From: Squalus acanthias
Lineage: Eukaryota
Length of the DNA: 64,000 nucleotides
Reading direction: 5' to 3'
Assembly (NCBI GenBank): GCA_030390025.1
Contig: CM059449.1
Location: 30,690,001 to 30,754,000 of the forward strand
Shown here: in pieces, positions 48,301 to 63,300 of the stretch
How the letters are laid out: each line of letters begins with the position of its first letter
Position numbering within the stretch: the first letter of the stretch is position 1
Translations under genes and position numbers: made by a program
Notes under the pieces: model-generated
Told to the model about the DNA's origin: nothing
The model's input: only the letters and a program-made list of their open reading frames with translations
The model's database searches: none

Positions 48301-51300
48301 GGAGAGAGTAACAGAGACACACGGAGAGAGTAACAGAGGCACAGGAGAGAGTAACAGAGACACAGGAGAGAGTAACAGGGACACAGGGAGAGTAACAGAG
48401 ACACAGGGAGAGAGTAACAGAGACACAGGGAGAGAGTAACAGAGACACAGGGAGAGAGTAACAGGGACACAGGGAGAGTAACAGAGACACAGGGAGAGAG
48501 TAACAGAGACACAGGGAGAGAGTAACAGAGACACAGGGAGAGTAACAGGGACACAGGGAGAGAGTAACAGAGACACAGGGAGAGAGTAACAGGGACACGG
48601 AGAGAGTAACAGAGACACAGGGAGAGAGTAACAGAGACACGGAGAGAGTAACAGAGACACAGGGAGAGAGTAACAGAGACACAGGGAGAGAGTAACAGGA
48701 CACAGGGAGAGAGTAACAGGACACAGGGGGAGAGTAACAGAGACACAGGGAGAGAGTAACAGAGACACAGGGAGAGAGTAACAGGGACACAGGGAGAGAG
48801 TAACAGGGACACAGGGAGAGAGTAACAGGGACACAGGGAGAGAGTAACAGAGACACAGGGAGAGAGTAACAGGACACAGGGAGAGAGTAACAGAGACACA
48901 GGGAGAGAGTAACAGAGACACAGGAGAGAGTAACAGAGACACAGGGAGAGAGTAACAGGGACACAGGGAGAGTAACAGAGACACAGGGAGAGAGTAACAG
49001 AGACACAGGGAGAGAGTAACAGAGACACAGGGAGAGAGTAACAGAGACACAGGGAGAGAGTAACAAGACACAGGGAGAGAGTAACAGAGACACAGGGAGA
49101 GAGTAACAGGGACACAGGGAGAGTAACAGAGACACAGGGAGAGAGTAACAGAGACACAGGGAGAGAGTAACAGAGACACAGGGAGAGAGTAACAGAGACA
49201 CAGGGAGAGAGTAACAGAGACACAGGGAGAGAGTAACAGAGGCACAGGGAGAGAGTAACAGAGACACAGGGAGAGAGTAACAGAGACACAGGGAGAGAGT
49301 AACAGAGGCACAGGGAGAGAGTAACAGGGACACAGGGAGAGAGTAACAGAGACACAGGGAGAGAGTAACAGAGACACAGGGAGAGTAACAGGGACACAGG
49401 GAGAGAGTAACAGAGACACAGGGAGAGAGTAACAGGGACACAGGGAGAGAGTAACAGGACACAGGGAGAGAGTAACAGGACACAGGGAGAGAGTAACAGA
49501 GGCACAGGGAGAGAGTAACAGAGACACAGGGAGAGAGTAACAGGGACACAGGGAGAGAGTAACAGGGACACAGGGAGAGAGTAACAGAGACACAGGGAGA
49601 GAGTAACAGAGACACAGGGAGAGAGTAACAGAGGCACAGGGAGAGAGTAACAGAGACACAGGGAGAGAGTAACAGAGACACAGGGAGAGAGTAACAGAGA
49701 CACAGGGAGAGAGTAACAGGGACACAGGGAGAGAGTAACAGAGACACAGGGAGAGAGTAACAGAGACACAGGGAGAGAGTAACAGAGACACAGGGAGAGA
49801 GTAACAGAGACACACGGAGAGAGTAACAGAGACACAGGGAGAGTAACAGAGGCACAGGGAGAGAGTAACAGAGAAACACGGAGAGAGTAACAGAGGCACA
49901 GGGAGAGTAACAGAGGCACAGGGAGAGAGTAACAGAGACACAGGGAGAGAGTAACAGGGACACAGGGAGAGTAACAGGGACACAGGGAGAGAGTAACAGA
50001 GAAACACGGAGAGAGTAACAGAGGCACAGGGAGAGTAACAGAGGCACAGGGAGAGAGTAACAGAGACACAGGGAGAGAGTAACAGGGACACAGGGAGAGT
50101 AACAGAGACACAGGGAGAGAGTAACAGAGACACAGGGAGAGAGTAACAGAGACACAGGAGAGAGTAACAGGGACACAGGGAGAGTAACAGAGACACAGGG
50201 AGAGAGTAACAGAGACACAGGGAGAGAGTAACAGAGACACAGGGAGAGTAACAGGGACACAGGGAGAGAGTAACAGAGACACAGGGAGAGTAACAGGGAC
50301 ACAGGGAGAGAGTAACAGGGACACAGGGAGAGAGTAACAGAGACACAGGGAGAGAGTAACAGAGACACAGGGAGAGAGTAACAGGGACACAGGGAGAGAG
50401 TAACAGGGACACAGGGAGAGAGTAACAGGGACACAGGGAGAGAGTAACAGAGACACAGGGAGAGAGTAACAGAGACACAGGGAGAGAGTAACAGGGACAC
50501 AGGGAGAGAGTAACAGGGACACAGGGAGAGAGTAACAGAGACACAGGGAGAGAGTAACAGGGACACAGGGAGAGAGTAACAGAGACACAGGGAGAGAGTA
50601 ACAGAGACACAGGGAGAGAGTAACAGAGGCACAGGGAGAGAGTAACAGAGACACAGGGAGAGAGTAACAGGGACACAGGGAGAGTAACAGAGACACAGGG
50701 AGAGAGTAACAGAGACACAGGGAGAGAGTAACAGAGACACAGGGAGAGAGTAACAGGGACACAGGGAGAGTAACAGAGACACAGGGAGAGAGTAACAGAG
50801 ACACAGGGAGAGAGTAACAGAGACACAGGGAGAGAGTAACAGGGACACAGGGAGAGAGTAACAGAGACACAGGGAGAGAGTAACAGGGACACAGGGAGAG
50901 AGTAACAGAGACACGGAGAGAGTAACAGAGACACAGGGAGAGAGTAACAGAGACACAGGGAGAGAGTAACAGAGGCACAGGGAGAGAGTAACAGGGACAC
51001 AGGAGAGAGTAACAGGACACAGGGAGAGAGTAACAGAGACACAGGGAGAGAGTAACAGAGACACAGGGAGAGAGTAACAGGGACACAGGGAGAGAGTAAC
51101 AGGGACACAGGGAGAGAGTAACAGGGACACAGGGAGAGAGTAACAGAGACACAGGGAGAGAGTAACAGGGACACAGGGAGAGAGTAACAGAGACACAGGG
51201 AGAGAGTAACAGAGACACAGGGAGAGAGTAACAGAGACACAGGGAGAGAGTAACAGGGACACAGGGAGAGTAACAGAGACACAGGGAGAGAGTAACAGAG

Positions 51301-54300
51301 ACACAGGGAGAGAGTAACAGGGACACAGGGAGAGAGTAACAGAGACACAGGGAGAGAGTAACAGAGACACAGGGAGAGAGTAACAGAGACACAGGGAGAG
51401 AGTAACAGGGACACAGGGAGAGTAACAGAGACACAGGGAGAGAGTAACAGAGACACAGGGAGAGAGTAACAGAGACACAGGGAGAGAGTAACAGAGACAC
51501 AGGGAGAGAGTAACAGAGACACAGGGAGAGAGTAACAGAGACACAGGGAGAGAGTAACAGAGGCACAGGGAGAGAGTAACAGAGAAACAGGGAGAGAGTA
51601 ACAGAGGCACAGGGAGAGAGTAACAGGGACACAGGGAGAGAGTAACAGAGACACAGGGAGAGAGTAACAGAGACACAGGGAGAGTAACAGGGACACAGGG
51701 AGAGAGTAACAGAGACACAGGGAGAGAGTAACAGGACACAGGAGAGAGTAACAGGGACACAGGGAGAGAGTAACAGGGACACAGGGAGAGAGTAACAGAG
51801 ACACAGGGAGAGAGTAACAGAGACACAGGGAGAGAGTAACAGGGACACAGGGAGAGAGTAACAGGGACACAGGGAGAGAGTAACAGAGACACAGGGAGAG
51901 AGTAACAGAGACACAGGGAGAGAGTAACAGGGACACAGGGAGAGAGTAACAGGGACACAGGAGAGAGTAACAGGGACACGGAGAGAGTAACAGAGACACA
52001 GGGAGAGAGTAACAGAGACACAGGGAGAGAGTAACAGAGGCACAGGGAGAGAGTAACAGAGACACAGGGAGAGAGTAACAGGGACACAGGGAGAGTAACA
52101 GAGACACAGGGAGAGTAACAGAGACACAGGGAGAGAGTAACAGAGACACAGGGAGAGAGTAACAGAGACACAGGGAGAGAGTAACAGAGACACAGGAGAG
52201 AGTAACAGAGACACAGGGAGAGAGTAACAGAGACACAGGGAGAGAGTAACAGGGACACAGGGAGAGTAACAGAGACACAGGGAGAGAGTAACAGAGACAC
52301 AGGGAGAGAGTAACAGAGACACAGGGAGAGAGTAACAGAGACACAGGGAGAGAGTAACAGAGACACAGGGAGAGAGTAACAGAGGCACAAAGAGAGAGTA
52401 ACAGAGGCACAGGGAGAGAGTAACAGAGAAACACGGAGAGAGTAACAGAGGCACAGGGAGAGAGTAACAGGACACAGGGAGAGAGTAACAGGACACAGGG
52501 AGAGAGTAACAGGGACACAGGGAGAGATAACAGAGACACAGGGAGAGAGTAACAGAGACACAGGGAGAGAGTAACAGAGACACAGGGAGAGAGTAACAGA
52601 GACACAGGGAGAGAGTAACAGAGACACAGGGAGAGAGTAACAGAGACACAGGGAGAGAGTAACAGAGGCACAGGGAGAGAGTAACAGAGACACACGGAGA
52701 GAGTAACAGGGACACACGGAGAGAGTAACAGAGGCACAGGGAGAGAGTAACAGGGACACAGGGAGAGAGTAACAGAGACACAGGGAGAGAGTAACAGAGA
52801 CACAGGGGAGAGTAACAGGGACACAGGGAGAGAGTAACAGAGACACAGGGAGAGAGTAACAGGACACAGGGAGAGAGTAACAGGGACACAGGGAGAGAGT
52901 AACAGGGACACAGGGAGAGAGTAACAGAGACACAGGGAGAGAGTAACAGAGACACAGGGAGAGAGTAACAGGGACACAGGGAGAGAGTAACAGAGACACA
53001 GGGAGAGAGTAACAGAGACACAGGGAGAGAGTAACAGAGACACAGGGAGAGTAACAGAGACACAGGGAGAGATTAACAGAGACACAGGGAGAGAGTAACA
53101 GAGACACAGGGAGAGAGTAACAGGGACACAGGGAGAGAGTAACAGGGACACAGGGAGAGAGTAACAGGGACACGGAGAGAGTAACAGAGACACAGGGAGA
53201 GAGTAACAGAGACACAGGGAGAGAGTAACAGAGGCACAGGGAGAGAGTAACAGAGACACAGGGAGAGAGTAACAGGGACACAGGGAGAGTAACAGAGACA
53301 CAGGGAGAGAGTAACAGAGACACAGGGAGAGAGTAACAGAGACACAGGGAGAGAGTAACAGAGACACAGGGAGAGAGTAACAGGGACACAGGGAGAGAGT
53401 AACAGGGACACAGGGAGAGAGTAACAGGGACACAGGGAGAGAGTAACAGGAGACACAGGGAGAGAGTAACAGAGACACAGGGAGAGAGTAACAGGGACAC
53501 AGGGAGAGAGTAACAGAGACACAGGAGAGAGTAACAGGACACAGGGAGAGAGTAACAGAGACACAGGGAGAGAGTAACAGGGACACAGGGAGAGAGTAAC
53601 AGGAGCACAGGGAGAGAGTAACAGAGACACAGGGAGAGAGTAACAGGGCACAGGGAGAGAGTAACAGAGGACACGGGAGAGAGTAACAGAGACACAGGGA
53701 GAGAGTAACAGAGACACAGGAAAAGAGTAACAGGGACCCGGGAGAGTAACAGGCGACACAGGGAGAGAGTAACAGGACACAGGGAGAGAGTAACAGAGAC
53801 ACAGGAGAGAGTAACAGGGACACAGGGAGAGAGTAACAGGACACAGGAGAGAGTAACAGGGACACAGGGAGAGAGTAACAGAGACACAGGGAGAGAGTAA
53901 CAGGGACACAGGGAGAGAGTAACAGGGACACAGGGAGAGAGTAACAGGGACAGAGGGAGAGAATAACAGAGACACAGGGAGAGAGTAACAGAGACACAGG
54001 GAGAGAGTAACAGAGACACAGGGAGAGAGTAACAGGGACACAGGGAGAGAGTAACAGGGACACAGGGAGAGAGTAACAGGGACACAGGGAGAGAGTAACA
54101 GGGACACAGGGAGAGATTAACAGGACACAGGGAGAGAGTAACAGACACAGGGAGAGAGTAACAGGGACACAGGGAGAGAGTAACAGAGACACAGGGAGAG
54201 AGTAACAGGGACACAGGGAGAGAGTAACAGAGACACAGGGAGAGAGTAACAGAGACACAGGGAGAGAGTAACAGAGAGACAGGGAGAGAGTAACAGAGAC

Positions 54301-57300
54301 ACAGGGAGAGAGTAACAGGGACACAGGGAGAGTAACAGAGACACAGGGAGAGAGTACAGAGACACAGGGAGAGAGTAACAGAGGACACAGGGAGAGAGTA
54401 ACAGAGGACACAGGGAGAGAGTAACAGAGACACAGGAGAGAGTAACAGAGACACGGAGAGGTACAGAGACAGGAGAGAGTACAGACACAGGAGAGAACAG
54501 GAGACAGGAGAGAGTAACAGAGACACGGAGAGAGTAACAGAGGACACAGGGAGAGAGTAACAGGACACAGGGAGAGAGTAACAGGACACAGGGAGAGAGT
54601 AACAGAGACACAGGGAGAGGTAACAGAGACACAGGGAGAGAGTAACAGAGACACAGGGAGAGAGTAACAGAGACACAGGGAGAGAGTAACAGAGACACAG
54701 GGAGAGAGTACAGAGACACAGGAGAGAGTAACAGAGGACACAGGGAGAGTAACAGGAGACACAGGGAGAGAGTAACAGAGACACAGGGAGTGTAACAGGG
54801 GACACAGGGAGAGAGTAACAGGGACACAGGGAGAGAGTAACAGAGACACAGGGAGAGAGTAGACAGAGACACAGGGAGAGAGTAACAGAGACACAGGGAG
54901 AGAGTAACAGGGACACAGGGAGAGAGTAACAGGGACACAGGGAGAGAGAGAGTAACAGAGACACAGGAGAGAGTAACAGGACACAGGGAGAGAGTAACAG
55001 AGACACAGGGAGAGAGTAACAGAGACACAGGAGAGAGTAACAGAGGCACAGGGAGAGAGTAACAGAGACACAGGGAGAGAGTAACAGGGACACAGGAGAG
55101 TAACAGAGACACAGGGAGAGAGTAACAGAGACACAGGGAGAGAGTAACAGAGACACAGGAGAGAGTAACAGGGACACAGGAGAGTAACAGAGACACAGGG
55201 AGAGAGTAACAGAGACACAGGGAGAGAGTAACAGAGACACAGGGAGAGAGTAACAGGGACACAGGGAGAGAGTAACAGCGACACAGGGAGAGAGTAACAG
55301 GGACACGGAGAGAGTAACAGAGACACAGGGAGAGAGTAACAGAGACACGGAGAGAGTAACAGAGACACAGGGAGAGTAACAGGGACACAGGGAGAGAGTA
55401 ACAGGGACACAGGGAGAGTAACAGAGACACAGGGAGAGAGTAACAGAGACACAGGGAGAGAGTAAACAGAGACACAGGGAGAGAGTAACAGGGACACAGG
55501 GAGAGAGTAACAGAGACACAGGGAGAGAGTAACAGAGACACAGGGAGAGAGTAACAGAGACACAGGGAGAGAGTAACAGGGACCACAGGGAGAGAAGTAA
55601 CAGAGACACAGGGAGAGAGTAACAGAGGACACAGGAGAGAGTAACAGAGACACAGGGAGAGAGTAACAGAGACACAGGGAGAGAGTAACAGGACACAGGG
55701 AGAGAGTAACAGGGACACAGGGAGAGAGTAACCGACACAGGGAGAGAGTAACAGAGACACAGGGAGAGAGTAACAGAGACACAGGGAGAGAGTAACAGAG
55801 ACACACGGGAGAGAGTAACAGAGCACAGGGAGCGAGTAACAGAGACACAGGGAGAGAGTAACAGGGACACAGGGAGAGTAACAGAGACACAGGAGAGAGT
55901 AACAGAGACACAGGGAGAGAGTAACAGAGACACAGGGAGAGAGTAACAGAGACACAGGGAGAGAGTAACAGAGACACAGGGAGAGAGTAACAGAGGCACA
56001 GGGAGAGAGTAACAGAGGCACAGGGAGAGAGTAACAGAGAAACACGGAGAGAGTAACAGAGGCACAGGGAGAGAGTAACAGGACACAGGAGAGAGTAACA
56101 GATACACAGGGAGAGAGTAACAGAGACACAGGGAGAGTAACAGGGACACAGGGAGAGAGTAACAGAGACACAGGGAGAGAGTAACAGGGACACAGGGAGA
56201 GAGTAACAGGGACACAGGGAGAGAGTAACAGGGACACAGGGAGAGAGTAACAGAGACACAGGGAGAGAGTAACAGAGACACAGGGAGAGAGTAACAGGGA
56301 CACAGGGAGAGAGTAACAGGGACACAGGGAGAGAGTAACAGAGACACAGGGAGAGAGTAACAGAGACACAGGGAGAGAGTAACAGAGACACAGGGAGAGA
56401 GTAACAGAGACACAGGGAGAGAGTAACAGGGACACAGGGAGAGAGTAACAGGGACACAGGGAGAGAGTAACAGGACACAGGGAGAGAGTAACAGGGACAC
56501 GGAGAGAGTAACAGAGACACAGGGAGAGAGTAACAGAGACACAGGGAGAGAGTAACAGAGGCACAGGGAGAGAGTAACAGAGACACAGGGAGAGAGTAAC
56601 AGGGACACAGGGAGAGTAACAGAGACACAGGGAGAGTAACAGAGACACAGGGAGAGAGTAACAGAGACACAGGGAGAGAGTAACAGAGACACAGGGAGAG
56701 AGTAACAGAGACACAGGGAGAGAGTAACAGAGAGAAAGGGAGAGAGTAACAGAGACACAGGGAGAGAGTAACAGGGACACAGGGAGAGTAACAGAGACAC
56801 AGGGAGAGAGTAACAGAGACACAGGGAGAGAGTAACAGAGACACAGGGAGAGAGTAACAGAGACACAGGGAGAGAGTAACAGAGACACAGGGAGAGAGTA
56901 ACAGAGGACACAGGGAGAGAGTAACAGAGGACACAGGGAGAGAGTAACAGAGACACAGGGAGAGAGTAACAGAGGACACAGGGAGAGAGTAACAGGGACA
57001 CAGGGAGAGAGTAACAGAGGACACAGGGAGAGAGTAACAGGGACACAGGGAGAGAGTAACAGAGACACAGGGAGAGAGTAACAGAGACACAGGGAGAGAG
57101 TAACAGAGACACAGGGAGAGAGTAACAGAGACACAGGGAGAGAGTAACAGGAGCACAGGGAGAGAGTAACAGGACACAGGGAGAGAGTAACAGAGGCACA
57201 GGGAGAGAGTAACAGGGACACAGGGAGAGAGTAACAGGACACAGGGAGAGAGTAACAGGGACACAGGGAGAGAGTAACAGAGACACAGGGAGAGAGTAAC

Positions 57301-60300
57301 AGGGACACAGGGAGAGAGTAACAGAGGACACAGGGAGAGAGTAACAGAGACACAGGGAGAGAGTAACAGAGGACACAGGGAGAGAGTAACAGAGACACAG
57401 GGAGAGAGTAACAGAGACACAGGGAGAGAGTAACAGGGACACAGGGAGAGTAACAGAGACACAGGGAGAGAGTAACAGAGACACAGGGAGAGAGTAACAG
57501 AGGCACAGGGAGAGAGTAACAGAGACACAGGGAGAGAGTAACAGGACACAGGGAGAGAGTAACAGAGACACAGGGAGAGAGTAACAGAGACACAGGGAGA
57601 GAGTAACAGCGACACAGGAGAGAGTAACAGGGACACAGGGAGAGAGTAACAGGGACACAGGGAGAGAGTAACAGGGACACGGAGAGAGTAACAGAGACAC
57701 AGGGAGAGAGTAACAGAGACACAGGGAGAGAGTAACAGGGCACAGGGAGAGAGTAACAGAGACACAGGGAGAGAGTAACAGACACAGGGAGAGTAACAGA
57801 GACACAGGGAGAGTAACAGAGACACAGGGAGAGAGTAACAGAGACACAGGGAGAGAGTAACAGAGACACAGGGAGAGAGTAACAGAGACACAGGGAGAGA
57901 GTAACAGAGAAAGGGAGAGAGTAACAGAGACACAGGGAGAGAGTAACAGGGACACAGGGAGAGTAACAGAGACACAGGAGAGAGTAACAGAGACACAGGG
58001 AGAGAGTAACAGAGACACAGGGAGAGAGTAACAGAGACACAGGGAGAGAGTAACAGAGACACAGGGAGAGAGTAACAGAGGCACAGGGAGAGAGTAACAG
58101 AGACACAGGGAGAGAGTAACAGAGACACAGGAGAGAGTAACAGAGACACAGGGAGAGAGTAACAGGACACAGGGAGAGAGTAACAGAGACACAGGGAGAG
58201 AGTAACAGAGACACAGGGAGAGAGTAACAGAGACACAGGGAGAGAGTAACAGAGACACAGGGAGAGAGTAACAGAGACACAGGGAGAGAGTAACAGAGAC
58301 ACAGGGAGAGAGTAACAGAGGCACAGGGAGAGAGTAACAGAGACACAGGGAGAGAGTAACAGAGGCACAGGGAGAGAGTAACAGGGACACAGGGAGAGAG
58401 TAACAGAGACACAGGGAGAGAGTAACAGGGACACAGGGAGAGAGTAACAGAGACACAGGGAGAGAGTAACAGGGACACAGGGAGAGAGTAACAGAGGCAC
58501 AGGGAGAGAGTAACAGAGACACAGGGAGAGAGTAACAGAGGCACAGGGAGAGAGTAACAGGGACACAGGGAGAGAGTAACAGAGACACAGGGAGAGAGTA
58601 ACAGGGACACAGGGAGTGTAACAGAGACACAGGGAGAGAGTAACAGAGACACAGGGAGAGAGTAACAGAGGCACAGGGAGAGAGTAACAGAGACACAGGG
58701 AGAGAGTAACAGGGACACAGGGAGAGAGTAACAGAGACACAGGGAGAGAGTAACAGAGACACAGGGAGAGTAACAGGGACACAGGGAGAGAGTAACAGAG
58801 ACACAGGGAGAGAGTAACAGGGACACAGGGAGAGAGTAACAGGGACACAGGGAGAGAGTAACAGGGACACAGGGAGAGAGTGACAGAGACACAGGGAGAG
58901 AGTAACAGAGACACAGGGAGAGAGTAACAGGGACACAGGGAGAGAGTAACAGAGACACAGGGAGAGAGTAACAGAGACACAGGGAGAGAGTAACAGAGAC
59001 ACAGGGAGAGAGTAACAGAGACACAGGGAGAGAGTAACAGCAACACAGGGAGAGAGTAACAGGGACACAGGGAGAGAGTAACAGGGACACAGGGAGAGAG
59101 TAACAGACACACGGAGAGAGTAACAGAGACACAGGGAGAGAGTAACAGAGAAACACGGAGAGAGTAACAGAGGCACAGGGAGAGAGTAACAGAGACACAG
59201 GGAGAGAGTAACAGAGACACAGGGAGAGAGTAACAGGGACACAGGGAGAGTAACAGAGACACAGGGAGAGAGTAACAGAGACACAGGGAGAGAGTAACAG
59301 AGGCACAGGGAGAGAGTAACAGGGACACAGGGAGAGTAACAGAGACACAGGGAGAGAGTAACAGAGACACAGGGAGAGAGTAACAGAGACACAGGGAGAG
59401 AGTAACAGAGGCACAGGGAGAGAGTAACAGAGGCACAGGGAGAGAGTAACAGAGACACAGGGAGAGAGTAACAGAGGCACAGGGAGAGAGTAACAGGGAC
59501 ACAGGGAGAGAGTAACAGAGACACAGGGAGAGAGTAACAGGGACACAGGGAGAGTAACAGGGACACAGGGAGAGAGTAACAGAGACACAGGGAGAGAGTA
59601 ACAGGGACACAGGGAGAGAGTAACAGGGACACAGGGAGAGAGTAACAGGGACACAGGGAGAGAGTAACAGAGACACAGGGAGAGAGTAACAGAGACACAG
59701 GGAGAGAGTAACAGGGACACAGGGAGAGAGTAACAGGACACAGGGAGAGAGTAACAGAGACACAGGGAGAGAGTAACAGAGACACAGGGAGAGAGTAACA
59801 GAGACACAGGGAGAGAGTAACAGAGACACAGGGAGAGAGTAACAGAGACACAGGGAGAGAGTAACAGGGACACAGGGAGAGAGTAACAGGGACACAGGGA
59901 GAGAGTAACAGGGACACGGAGAGAGTAACAGAGACACAGGGAGAGAGTAACAGAGACACACGGAGAGAGTAACAGAGCACAGGGAGAGAGTAACAGAGAC
60001 ACAGGGAGAGAGTAACAGGGACACAGGGAGAGTAACAGAGACACAGGGAGAATAACAGAGACACAGGGAGAGAGTAACAGAGACACAGGGAGAGAGTAAC
60101 AGAGACACAGGGAGAGAGTAACAGAGACACAGGGAGAGAGTAACAGAGACACAGGGAGAGAGTAACAGAGACACAGGGAGAGAGTAACAGGGACACAGGG
60201 AGAGTAACAGAGACACAGGGAGAGAGTAACAGAGACACAGGGAGAGAGTAACAGAGACACAGGGAGAGAGTAACAGAGACACAGGGAGAGAGTAACAGAG

Positions 60301-63300
60301 ACACAGGGAGAGAGTAACAGAGGCACAGGGAGAGAGTAACAGAGGCACAGGGAGAGAGTAACAGAGACACACGGAGAGAGTAACAGAGACACAGGGAGAG
60401 AGTAACAGGGACACAGGGAGAGAGTAACAGGGACACAGGGAGAGAGTAACTGGGACACAGGGGGAGAGTTAACAGGGACACAGGGAGAGAGTAACAGAGA
60501 CACAGGGAGAGAGTAACAGGGACACAGGGAGAGAGTACAGGGACACAGGGAGAGAGTAACAGGACACAGGGAGAGAGTAACAGGGACACAGGGAGAGAGT
60601 AACAGAGGAACAGGGAGAGAGTAACAGAGACACAGGGGAGAGTAACAGAGACACAGGGAGAGAGTAACAGAGACACAGGGAGAGAGTAAACAGAGACACA
60701 GGAGAGAGTAACAGGGACACAGGGAGAGTAACAGAGACACAGGGAGAGAGTAACAGAGACACAGGGAGAGAGTAACAGAGGACACAGGGAGAGAGTAACA
60801 GAGACACAGGGAGAGAGTAACAGGGGACACAGGGAGAGAGTAAACAGGAGACACAGGGAGAGAGTAACAGGGACACAGGGAGAGATAACAGAGACACAGG
60901 GAGAGAGTAACAGAGACACAGGGAGAGAGTAACAGGAGAGCACACGGGAGAGAGTAACAGAGACGCAGGGAGAGGGTAAACCAGGGACACAGGGAGAGGA
61001 GTAACACGGGACACAGGGAGAGAGTAACAGAGACACAGGGAGAGATAACAGAGACACAGGGGGAGAGTAACGAGACACAGGAGAGAGTAACTAGGGACAC
61101 AGGGAGAGAGTACAGAGCCACACAGGGAGAGAGTAACAGAGGAAACAGGGGAGAGAGTAACAGTGACACAGGGAGAGAGTAACAGAGACACATGGAGAGA
61201 GTAACAGAGACGACAGGGAGAGGGTAACAGGGACACAGGGGAGAGAGAAACAGGGACACAGGGAGAGAGTAACAGAGACACAGGGAGAGAGTGACAGCGA
61301 CACAGGGGGAGAGTAACAGAGGACACAGGGAGAGAGTAACCAGGGACACAGGAGAGAGTAACAGAGGACACAGGGAGAGAGTAACAGAGGCACACGGAGA
61401 GGAGTACTAGACGAGCCAGACACACGGCACAGAGAGTAACAGAGACACACGGAGAGAGTAACAGAGGCACAGGGAGAGAGTAACAGAGACACAGGAGAGA
61501 GTAACAGGACACAGGGAGAGTAACAGAGACACAGGGAGAGAGTAACAGAGACACAGGGAGAGAGTAACAGAGGCACAGGGAGAGAGTAACAGGGACACAG
61601 GGAGAGTAACAGAGACACAGGGAGAGAGTAACAGAGACACAGGGAGAGAGTAACAGAGACACAGGGAGAGAGTAACAGAGACACAGGGAGAGAGTAACAG
61701 GGACACAGGGAGAGTAACAGAGACACAGGGAGAGAGTAACAGAGACACAGGGAGAGAGTAACAGAGACACAGGGAGAGAGTAACAGAGACACAGGGAGAG
61801 AGTAACAGAGACACAGGGAGAGAGTAACAGAGGCACAGGGAGAGAGTAACAGAGGCACAGGGAGAGAGTAACAGAGACACACGGAGAGAGTAACAGAGGC
61901 ACAGGGAGAGAGTAACAGGGACACAGGGAGAGAGTAACAGAGACACAGGGAGAGAGTAACAGAGACACAGGGAGAGTAACAGGGACACAGGGAGAGAGTA
62001 ACAGAGACACAGGGAGAGAGTAACAGGGACACAGGGAGAGAGTAACAGGGACACAGGGGAGAGAGTAACAGGGACACAGGGAGAGAGTAACAGAGACACA
62101 GGGAGAGAGTAACAGAGACACAGGGAGAGAGTAACAGAGACACAGGGAGTGAGTAACAGGGACACAGGGAGAGAGTAACAGAGACACAGGGAGAGAGTAA
62201 CAGAGGACACAGGGAGAGAGTAACAGTGACACAGGGAGAGAGTAACAGAGACACAGGGAGAGAGTAACAGAGCACAGGGAGAGAGTAACAGGGACACAGG
62301 AGAGAGTAACAGGGACACAGGGAGAGAGTAACAGGAGACACCGGGAGAGAGTAACAAGGACACAGGGAGAGAGTAACAGAGACACAGGGAGAGTAACAGA
62401 GGCACAGGGAGAGAGTAACAGAGACACAGGGAGAGAGTAACAGAGGACACAGGGAAGAGTAACAGAGACACAGGGAGAGAGTAACAGGACACAGGGGAGA
62501 GTAACTGACGACACAGGGAGAGAGTAACAGAGACACAGGAGAGAGTAACAGGACACAGGGAGAGAGTAACAGAGGACACAGGGAGAGAGTAACAGAGACA
62601 CAGGGGAAGAGTAACAGGAGACACAGGGAGAGAGTAACAGGGACACAGGAGAGAGTAACAGTGACACAGGGAGAGAGTAACAGAGACACAGGTGAGAGTA
62701 ACAGGGACACAGGGAGAGAGTAACAGGAGACACAGGGAGAGAGTAACAGAGACACAGGTAGAGAGTAACAGGGACACAGGGAGAGAGTAACAGAGGACAC
62801 AGGGAGAGAGTATACAGAGACACACGGAGAGAGTAACAGAGGACACAGGGAGAGAGTAACAGGACACAGGGAGAGAGTAACAGGGACACAGGGAGAGAGT
62901 AACAGAGACACAGGGAGAGAGTAACAGAGACACAGGGGAGAGAGTAACAGGGACACAGGGAGAGAGTAACAGGGACACAGGAGAGAGTAAACAGAGACAC
63001 AGGAGAGAAGAGTAACAGGGACCACAGGGAGAGAGTAACAGGACACAGGGAGAGAGTAACAGAGACACAGGGAGAGAGTACAGGGACACAGGAGAGAGTA
63101 ACAGAGACACAGGGAGAGAGTAACAGTGACACAGGGAGAGAGTAACAGAGACACAGGGAGAGAGTAACAGAGACCAGGGAGAGAGTAACAGAGACACAAG
63201 GAGAGAGTAACAGGGACACAGGGGAGAAGTAACAGAGACACAGGGAAGAGTAACAGAGACACAGGGAGAGAGTAACAGGGACACAGGGAGAGAGTAACAG